Assembly (NCBI GenBank): GCA_028713675.1
Contig: JAQTNV010000011.1
Location: 4,411 to 68,410, forward strand
Length of the DNA stretch: 64,000 bases
Source: a bacterium
Lineage (GTDB): Bacteria > Desulfobacterota > JAPLJL01
Reading direction: 5' to 3'
A program made the position numbers and the translations under genes. Of this stretch, positions 57,385 to 64,000 are shown piece by piece. Under the pieces are notes generated by a model. That model did not search any database and was not told the origin of the DNA. It was given only the letters and a program-made list of their open reading frames with translations. How positions within the stretch are numbered: position 1 is the stretch's first letter; every line of letters begins with the position of its first letter.

Positions 57385-58682
57385 CAGACTTCGAACGGAT
57401 CCCGGATCACGACGGTCTGCCCGCGCTCCGCTCCCAGGGAAAGGATAAGGACCGGGATCCCGGTCAATTCCTCCACCCGCGCGAGATAGCGCCGCACCGC
57501 CGGAGGAAGGTCGGAAATCCGGCGCACCGCGCCCAGGTCCTCCCGCCAGCCCGGGAGATCCTCGTACTCCGGCTGGCACTCGGAAAGGATTTTCAGGTCG
57601 GCCGGGAACTCGGTCAACCGTTCCCCTTTGTAACGGTAAGCCACCGCCAGGCGGATCGGGTCGAGCCCGGAGAGGACGTCGATCTTGGTCAGGGCCAGCC
57701 CGCCCAGGCCGTTGAGCCGGCTGGCGTAGTTCAGGGCCACCAGGTCCAGCCAGCCCGTCCGCCGCCGCCGCCCGGTGGTGGCGCCGAATTCCCCGCCCGC
57801 CTCCACCAGCCGGTCTCCGGTCTTATCGAAAAGCTCGGTGGGAAAGGGGCCGGCACCGACCCGGGTGGTGTAGGCCTTGGTCACCCCCACCATCAGGAGG
57901 GAGAGCCGGCCGTAGCCCAGGCCCGACCCGGAAAAGATGCCCCCGGAGGTGGTCACCGACGAGGTGACGAACGGATAGGTTCCGTGATCGAGGTCGAGCA
58001 TGCTCCCCTGGGCGCCTTCGAAAAGGATCCGGCTGCCTTTCTTGATTTCCTGGTCCAGGATCCGGGAGGTGTCCGCGATCAGGCCCCGGATTTTGCTCCC
58101 GAAATCCAGGAAGGGCTCGAGGATCTCACCCAGGGTGAAGCCTTTTCCCCCCAGGACTTTTTCAATGTAGGCGTTGTTTTCCTCCAGGTTGACGGCGAGC
58201 TTCTTTTTGAATTCCTCTGGATCGAGCAGGTCCCCCACCCGGAGCCCGGACCGCCGGGCCTTGTCCTCGTAGGCGGGGCCGATGCCTCGGCCGGTGGTCC
58301 CGATTTTCGCCGCCCCCCGGCGCTCCTCCCGGAGCACGTCGATCCGCTGGTGGTAGGGCATGATCAGGTGGGCCCGGTCGCTGAGGCGGATCCGGTCTTC
58401 GTTTTCCAGAAAGCCGGAGCTCTTCAGGCGGGCGATCTCCTCCACCAGGACCTGGGGATTAACCACCACCCCGTTCCCGATCAGGCAGAGCCGCCCCGGG
58501 CGGAGAATTCCGGAGGGGACGAGGTGGAGAACAATCTTCTGGTTCCCGATCACGCAGGTGTGTCCCGCGTTGTTCCCGCCCTGGTAGCGCACCACCACGG
58601 GGGCCTTCTCGGTCAGGAAGTCCACCACCCGGCCCTTGCCTTCGTCGCCCCACTGCGCGCCGAGAATTCCGACTCCTTGCAT
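57384..58682 (-). CDS. purA: adenylosuccinate synthetase
   Basis: It starts GAQWGDEGKGRVVD and carries the GGNNAGHT P-loop. Confidence 0.9.
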   Translation of the reverse strand: MQGVGILGAQWGDEGKGRVVDFLTEKAPVVVRYQGGNNAGHTCVIGNQKIVLHLVPSGILRPGRLCLIGNGVVVNPQVLVEEIARLKSSGFLENEDRIRLSDRAHLIMPYHQRIDVLREERRGAAKIGTTGRGIGPAYEDKARRSGLRVGDLLDPEEFKKKLAVNLEENNAYIEKVLGGKGFTLGEILEPFLDFGSKIRGLIADTSRILDQEIKKGSRILFEGAQGSMLDLDHGTYPFVTSSVTTSGGIFSGSGLGYGRLSLLMVGVTKAYTTRVGAGPFPTELFDKTGDRLVEAGGEFGATTGRRRRTGWLDLVALNYASRLNGLGGLALTKIDVLSGLDPIRLAVAYRYKGERLTEFPADLKILSECQPEYEDLPGWREDLGAVRRISDLPPAVRRYLARVEELTGIPVLILSLGAERGQTVVIRDPFEV

Positions 58683-58778
58683 TATCCCGTCCTCCTTTTT
58701 CCCGGATCTGGGTGCATCTTTAAAAAACTCCCCCGGATCAGTTATATTAATAACGGCTCAAAATAATTCTGGCGTTCA

Positions 58779-59912
58779 ATGAATAAAATTCCGGTCTATT
58801 TTCTTCCCGCCTATTCTAACTCATCCCGGGGTCTGGTAAAAAGCTTGACCCCCCTCCTCGAGCAATCAGATCTCTCCCGGACCATCGCTGAGAAGGACCT
58901 GGTCGCGGTCAAGGTTCATTTCGGCGAACCGGGCAACCAGACCTTCCTCCGCCCCGAGTTCGTCCGCCGGATCGCGGATTTCCTGGTCGCCCGGAAAGCC
59001 CGGCCTTTTCTCACCGATACCAATACCCTGTACGTGGGGGCGCGGACCAACTCGGCCCAGCACCTGGTCACCGCCCTCCGTCACGGCTTCGACTTCAGCG
59101 CCGCCGGCGCCCCCCTGGTGATCGCCGATGGCCTGCGCGGGAACGCCGGGATCAAGGTCAGCCTCCCTCCCCCCGTCCGGAACCGGGAAGTCACCGTCGC
59201 CCCGGAGATCTACTCCGCCGACGCCCTGGTCCTGGCCACCCACTTCAAGGGCCATGAGGCCTTCGGCTTCGGGGGCAGTCTCAAGAACCTGGGGATGGGC
59301 TGCACCAACCGGGCAGGCAAGCTTTTCATCCATGCCACCATCGCGCCCAGCGTGTTTTCCTCCGCCTGCGTCGGGTGCGGAACCTGTCTGAAATGGTGCG
59401 GCTACCAGGCGATCTCGGTGCGGAAGAAAAAGGCCCAGATCGACGCCGCCCGCTGTGTCGGCTGCGCCGAATGCATCTCCGCCTGCCCGCATGGGGCGGT
59501 CGAAATCAACTGGGCGGCCGACTCCCCGTCGGAATCCCAGAAGAGGCTCGCGGAGGTGGCCCGGGGCGTGGCCCTGAACAAGGGCGGCAAGCTTTTCTGC
59601 CTGAATTTCCTGATCAATATTACCCCCAACTGTGATTGCTTCCCTTTCAGCGAGCCCCCGATCGTGTCGGACCTGGGCGTCCTGGCCTCGACCGATCCGG
59701 TCGCGATTGACCAGGCCTCGATCGACCTGGTCAACCGGGCGGAAGCCCTGCCCGGCTCCGGTCTCAAATCCGGGCGGGAATCCGGGGGGGATAAATTCCG
59801 GGGACTCCATCCCCGGGTTCCCTACGAACTCCAGCTCGAATGGGCGGAAAAAATCGGTCTCGGCCAGCGGGCTTACCAGCTGATCAAGGTAAAGGAATCC
59901 CCCAATCCCTGA
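58779..59912 (+). CDS. DUF362 domain protein with C-terminal 4Fe-4S ferredoxin domain
   Basis: DUF362-like N-terminal blocks are followed by two C-x2-C-x2-C-x3-C motifs. Confidence 0.7.
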   Translation: MNKIPVYFLPAYSNSSRGLVKSLTPLLEQSDLSRTIAEKDLVAVKVHFGEPGNQTFLRPEFVRRIADFLVARKARPFLTDTNTLYVGARTNSAQHLVTALRHGFDFSAAGAPLVIADGLRGNAGIKVSLPPPVRNREVTVAPEIYSADALVLATHFKGHEAFGFGGSLKNLGMGCTNRAGKLFIHATIAPSVFSSACVGCGTCLKWCGYQAISVRKKKAQIDAARCVGCAECISACPHGAVEINWAADSPSESQKRLAEVARGVALNKGGKLFCLNFLINITPNCDCFPFSEPPIVSDLGVLASTDPVAIDQASIDLVNRAEALPGSGLKSGRESGGDKFRGLHPRVPYELQLEWAEKIGLGQRAYQLIKVKESPNP

Positions 59913-59914
59913 AA

Positions 59915-60062
59915 ACAATTGCAGATTGACGATTGACGAATGACGATTGAAGGAAAAACCCCTTTTGTTAATTTTTTGTATTTTGTCAATTAAAATGAAC
60001 CTTGGAAAATTAATATATCTAAATGGATCCTTTGTTTCATTCTTCAATCCACAATCGTCAAT
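59915..60062. repeat. inverted GACGATT/AATCGTC heptamer arrays
   Basis: GATTGACGATTGACGAATGACGATTGAAGG pairs with CAATCCACAATCGTCAATCGTCAATTCCC. Confidence 0.55.
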
Positions 60063-60073
60063 CGTCAATTCCC

Positions 60074-60523
60074 ATGATCCCCAAGATCTTCCTTGACCGT
60101 GAGGGCAACTGGTTCTGCGACGGGGAGGAGATCACCCATTCCCGGACCTGTGAGCTTTTCAGCCGGAGTCTCCGGAAATGCCCGGACGGGAGTTACGAGC
60201 TCTCCATCGGGAAGGAAAACTGCCCGGTGGAGATCGAGGACACCCCCTACCAGGTCCGCCAGGTTGATTTCGGCTCCGGCGGTGTGACCGTCACCCTGAA
60301 TGACGAAACGGAGGAGCCGCTGGCCCTGGACAGTCTCGAGGTCGGGGAAAACGAGGTGCTTTATTGCCGGGTCAAGCAGAAAGTCCACGCGGCCCGCTTC
60401 CTCCGCAAGGCTTACTACCAGCTGGCCCAGCAAATTGATTATAATGATGAGTATGGCTTTCATTTGCGGATAAACGGAAAGGATTTCCCGATCCGGGCCA
60501 GAAGCAAAGAGCAGAGGGCATAG
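60074..60523 (+). CDS. DUF1285-like hypothetical protein
   Basis: MIPKIFLDREGNWFCDGEEITHSRTCELFSRSL...VEIEDTPYQVRQV resembles the DUF1285 N-terminal pattern (recalled, unverified). Confidence 0.45.
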   Translation: MIPKIFLDREGNWFCDGEEITHSRTCELFSRSLRKCPDGSYELSIGKENCPVEIEDTPYQVRQVDFGSGGVTVTLNDETEEPLALDSLEVGENEVLYCRVKQKVHAARFLRKAYYQLAQQIDYNDEYGFHLRINGKDFPIRARSKEQRA

Positions 60524-60662
60524 AGCTCAAAGGTCAAAGGTGAACGGTAAGGCGTAAGAAATAAGATGAAAAGCGTAAAAATAAAAATTCGGTCTGTTTG
60601 CCTTTTTAATTATCATTTTTCACCTTGCATCTTTCACCTTTCACCTTTCACCCGCTTTTGAT

Positions 60663-60857
60663 ATGCGACATCCTTTATCTGACCTGCAGAACCAGATGGT
60701 GGAGGTCCGGTCCCAGAATGACGTGGTCTACCGCGGCATCCTGATTGAGGCTTCCGATTCCGCGGTAATGCTCCGCACCGAAAACAGCTGGGTTGAGATC
60801 CCGACCGAGAAGGTGGTCTCGATCAGCAAATATATTCCCAAAACCTTTAAAAACTGA
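60663..60857 (+). CDS. small hypothetical protein (64 aa)
   Basis: The ORF lies between heptamer arrays and rplM. No family is recognised. Confidence 0.3.
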   Translation: MRHPLSDLQNQMVEVRSQNDVVYRGILIEASDSAVMLRTENSWVEIPTEKVVSISKYIPKTFKN

Positions 60858-60910
60858 TCCCCCTTGAATACTTGACACTTTTTCAGGTGGGTGATTATAC
60901 TGGTTTGATT

Positions 60911-61342
60911 ATGAAGACGTGGATACCAAAGACTGAAGAGCTGGACAAGAAATGGTACCTGGTGGACGCCGAGGGAAAAGTCCTGGGGCGTCTGGCCAGC
61001 CGGATCGCCGCGATCATCCGGGGGAAGACCAAGACGAGCTACACCCCTCACCTCGACACCGGCGATTTCGTGGTCGTGATCAACGCCGCCAAGATCAAGC
61101 TGACCGGGAAAAAGCTTACCGATAAGGTCTACTACCGCAACACCCTCTGGCCGGGCGGATTGCGCTCGACCACCCCGGAAAAGATGTTGGCCAAGTTTCC
61201 CGAGCGGATCCTGGAGCTGGCGGTGAAACGGATGCTCCCCAACACGCCCCTCGGCCGCAAGATGTTCACCAAGGTAAAGATTTATCCGGGCCCGGATCAT
61301 CCGCACGAGGCCCAGAAACCCGAACCCCTGGAGTTGCATTAA
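60911..61342 (+). CDS. rplM: 50S ribosomal protein L13
   Basis: [30 protein letters not shown]... is the canonical L13 start. Confidence 0.9.
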   Translation: MKTWIPKTEELDKKWYLVDAEGKVLGRLASRIAAIIRGKTKTSYTPHLDTGDFVVVINAAKIKLTGKKLTDKVYYRNTLWPGGLRSTTPEKMLAKFPERILELAVKRMLPNTPLGRKMFTKVKIYPGPDHPHEAQKPEPLELH

Positions 61343-61343
61343 G

Positions 61344-61739
61344 ATGGAAACCCCCGATCGTTTCTACGCCACGGGCAAGCGCAAAACCTCGGTCGCCCGG
61401 GTCTCGATGTTCCCCGGCACCGGAGAAATCACTGTCAATAAACGGAAAATCGATGACTATTTCGGGAGAGGCGTTCTCCGGATGGTCATCCGCCAGCCCC
61501 TGGAGCTCACCGGGACCCAGGCGAATTTCGACATCCGGGTCAACGTGCACGGGGGCGGTCTTTCCGGACAAGCCGGGGCGATCCGCCACGGCATCTCACG
61601 GGCATTGCTCACGGTCAAGCCGGAATACCGGGCGACCCTGAAGAAAAACGGTTTCCTGACCCGGGACTCCCGGGTGGTGGAACGGAAGAAGTACGGCAAG
61701 CCCAAGGCTCGCAAGAGCTTCCAGTGGACCAAGCGCTAG
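61344..61739 (+). CDS. rpsI: 30S ribosomal protein S9
   Basis: It has the canonical S9 C-terminus (...[18 protein letters not shown]). Confidence 0.9.
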   Translation: METPDRFYATGKRKTSVARVSMFPGTGEITVNKRKIDDYFGRGVLRMVIRQPLELTGTQANFDIRVNVHGGGLSGQAGAIRHGISRALLTVKPEYRATLKKNGFLTRDSRVVERKKYGKPKARKSFQWTKR

Positions 61740-61760
61740 GCCGGCTCTAAAAAAAATCCC

Positions 61761-62795
61761 ATGGACGTTGCCATTATCGGGGCCGCGGGTTACACCGGGG
61801 TCGAGCTCTGTCGCCTTCTGGCTTTCCATCCCCAGGCCAAGATCACCGGGCTTTTCGAAGCCCGTTTCCTGGGCAAGCCCATCTCCGAGCTTTTCCCGCA
61901 TCTGCGCGGGCAGGTCGACCTCCCGCTCCGGCCCTTTTCCCTGGCGGACGTGACCCGGGAAGCCCAGGCGGTTTTTTGCGGCCTCCCCCACGGGAAATCC
62001 CTGGAGGTCGTGCCCCCGCTGATCGAGGCCGGCCTGAAGGTCATTGACCTCTCCGCCGATTTCCGCTTCGCCGACCCGCAGGTTTACGCCACCTGGTATC
62101 AGAACCACACCGCCCCCGGGCTCCTGGCCCAGGCGGCTTACGGTCTCCCCGAGATTTTCCGGGAGAAAATCCGCCCGGCCCGGCTGGTGGCCAATCCCGG
62201 CTGTTACCCGACTTCCGTCCTGCTCCCCCTGATTCCCCTGGCGCGCCGGGGCCTGATCCAGGCCGATTCCGTCATCGCCAATTCCCTTTCCGGCACTTCC
62301 GGGGCGGGCCGCACCCCCAACCCCGAGCTGCTCTTCTGCGAGGTGACCGGAGGGCTGAAAGCCTACGCCGTGGGCACCCACCGCCACGCCCCGGAAATCG
62401 AGACCTATCTGAGCTGTTTCAGCCCCGCCCCGGTCAAGGTCCTCTTCGTTCCCCATCTGATGCCCATTCCCCGGGGTATTCTCTCCACCATTTATTTCCA
62501 GACTACCCGGACGGTCAGCGACCAGGATATTTACCAGTTTCTCCAGGAGGATTATCAGAAGGAACCCTTTGTCCGGGTTCTTCCCCCCGGTCTGCTCCCG
62601 AACACCCGGAACGTGGTCGGCTCCAACGTGGTGGAAATCGGCATCAAGCATGACCCCCGGACGGGAAAAACCGTCCTGGTTTCCGCCCTCGACAACCTGA
62701 TCAAGGGCGCGGCCGGCCAGGCGGTGCAGAACCTGAACATCATCTTCGGGCTTCCCGAAACCACCGGCCTCCGCCTGCCGGTTGTCTTTCCCTAG
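61761..62795 (+). CDS. argC: N-acetyl-gamma-glutamyl-phosphate reductase
   Basis: It has GAAGYTG NAD binding and the catalytic Cys region (NPGCYPT). Confidence 0.9.
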   Translation: MDVAIIGAAGYTGVELCRLLAFHPQAKITGLFEARFLGKPISELFPHLRGQVDLPLRPFSLADVTREAQAVFCGLPHGKSLEVVPPLIEAGLKVIDLSADFRFADPQVYATWYQNHTAPGLLAQAAYGLPEIFREKIRPARLVANPGCYPTSVLLPLIPLARRGLIQADSVIANSLSGTSGAGRTPNPELLFCEVTGGLKAYAVGTHRHAPEIETYLSCFSPAPVKVLFVPHLMPIPRGILSTIYFQTTRTVSDQDIYQFLQEDYQKEPFVRVLPPGLLPNTRNVVGSNVVEIGIKHDPRTGKTVLVSALDNLIKGAAGQAVQNLNIIFGLPETTGLRLPVVFP

Positions 62796-62997
62796 ATTTA
62801 AGATTCACCCGTCATATATAATTAATCCTTGGTGGAGTTGACCGGTTGCGGTTGCGCAGCTCGTTTCGGTTGGGTCATCCGGTTGCGGATTAAAAACGCT
62901 GAACGCCGCCCGTTACCAACGAACTGACGATCACCGCCCCTGGCGGGATTCCGCCAAAGGCGGAAGCAGCCCAACCTATCAACGCATCCTGAGGGCT

Positions 62998-63759
62998 TTG
63001 AATTTGTCACCCGCAATTAAAAATATCCGATTTTCCCTGGTCCGGGCCGCGGCCCCGATCCTCTTGATGACGATTTCCTTCTGGGCCTGCGGCGCGGAGG
63101 AAAAATCCGTCCCCGCTTCCGGCCCCTGTCTTTCCCTGACCGATCTTTTTACCTTCACCGATTCGGATTATCGCTTCCACGTCACCGGCAAGGTCAAGAA
63201 CTTCTCTCCCGAGAACGCGGACGGGGTGGTCGTAACCGCCGATTTGTTTTCCGACCCTGATCACCAGATTCCCATTTCCAGCGGGTCCCAATCCCTGCCG
63301 CCGATCCCGGGGCAGGAAGGTTTTCGCACCTTCGACATCTGGTCCCCCGCAATCAGGCTCCTGCCCGGGACCGCCGGCTTCCCGGCGGTCTTTTTCGAAA
63401 CCCTGCTCCAGGGAACCGCGGCCGGCAACGAACCCATCCCCGTGCCGGAGCTCAAGCTGGACGATGCCGGCATCCAGACCGACGTGTACGGCCGTTATCA
63501 TATCCAGGCCAAGATCACCAACGTCGGCCCGGTCACGGTGGAGATGGTCTACCTGACCGCTTTTTTCTTCCGGGACGAGGCCCAGACCGGACTGATCGCC
63601 CGCCTCCGCAAGGGGTTCGGGCGTTTCCTGAAAACCCCCGATCCCACCGCCGACAATCCCAACCCCGGCTCCCCCGTTTACCTCGTGGATCTCTGGCACC
63701 CGGAGATTAACCAGGACAAATATCCCACTATCTTCTACCGCCTCGAACTCTCGCAATAA
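62998..63759 (+). CDS. lipoprotein, hypothetical
   Basis: It has a signal peptide with a lipobox (ISFWAC). Confidence 0.4.
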   Translation: MNLSPAIKNIRFSLVRAAAPILLMTISFWACGAEEKSVPASGPCLSLTDLFTFTDSDYRFHVTGKVKNFSPENADGVVVTADLFSDPDHQIPISSGSQSLPPIPGQEGFRTFDIWSPAIRLLPGTAGFPAVFFETLLQGTAAGNEPIPVPELKLDDAGIQTDVYGRYHIQAKITNVGPVTVEMVYLTAFFFRDEAQTGLIARLRKGFGRFLKTPDPTADNPNPGSPVYLVDLWHPEINQDKYPTIFYRLELSQ

Positions 63760-63900
63760 ATACAGGCTTTGGGTCAGAGGTGATGGGTGTTGGACTACGG
63801 CGTCCATCGAGTCCATTGTGTCCATCGTGTCTATTGGGTCTAATTAATCAATCTTCTTTTGACACTACGAACTCTATGAACACTACGAACGCTTTTTATT

Positions 63901-63990
63901 GAAGAGCGGGACCTCCCCCCAAAAAGAAAAAAAGGCCGCGGGTAAAGGTTGCTAGTCTCCACTTTTCTTCCGTTTTCCCCACTTTTTCTC
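63901..63990 (+). repeat. partial fourth copy or junction of the structured element, truncated by window end
   Basis: GAGCGGGACCTCCCCCCCAAAAAGAAAAAAA is 3'-end-like. GGCCGCGGGTAAAGGTTGCTAGTCTCC, directly after it, resembles the 5' end of copy 3. Confidence 0.35.
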
Positions 63991-64000
63991 CGGGAATTTC

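Noticed and set aside
3489-63900. Possibility that the tandem heptamer arrays are CRISPR arrays
   Set aside because: Units are 7-9 nt with no spacers. Arrays are short, degenerate and locus-scattered, and no cas genes are present.
1-64000. tRNA, rRNA or tmRNA genes
   Set aside because: No T-loop/acceptor-like sequences (GGTTCGAATCC-type) or rRNA-like stretches were found. The structured repeat does not match tmRNA, RNase P, SRP or 6S consensus features.

Overview
High-GC (~60%) chromosomal fragment from a diderm bacterium. The diderm assignment rests on lptA/lptB, a TonB-dependent receptor fragment and several lipobox lipoproteins. No phylum-level assignment is possible from sequence alone. 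Content is mostly housekeeping and signalling genes, with no rRNA, tRNA, CRISPR or recognisable transposase. Recognisable genes include queE-queC, two FHA-domain proteins followed by a Hanks Ser/Thr kinase with a PEGA domain, ilvD, rtcB, ygiQ, a GH13 alpha-glucosidase and a GAF-GGDEF cyclase. A minus-strand block runs lptA-lptB-rpoN-hprK-rapZ-EIIA(Man)-HPr-ptsI-metK-ahcY-rsmD-coaD-aspC. Downstream are murU/amgK-like genes, purA, a DUF362 Fe-S protein, rplM-rpsI and argC. The unusual part is the non-coding DNA. Almost every intergenic region consists of degenerate tandem heptamer or nonamer arrays from a small set of recurring unit families, often arranged as inverted pairs. There are at least five families of interspersed small elements. 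The first is a ~170-280 nt structured element with GGGGGAAGGTT...AACCTTCCCCCC termini, in 3 full copies plus a partial one, always upstream of and co-oriented with a gene. The second is a MITE-like double-hairpin element (GTCATCC...GGAATGAC). The third is a GTCATCCTGAG...GAAGGATC hairpin family. The fourth is a post-stop hairpin GTAGCCGCAACCTTTAGGTTGCG with compensatory base changes. The fifth is a ~75 nt direct repeat flanking an MFS transporter gene. The most interesting single gene is a Prx-like2 (SelU-type) thioredoxin-fold ORF. It is interrupted by an in-frame TGA at the position of the active-site Cys, and a perfect hairpin lies 17 nt downstream, so it is a candidate selenoprotein. Two low-GC islands carry hypothetical membrane proteins and an orphan Phd/YefM-like antitoxin.
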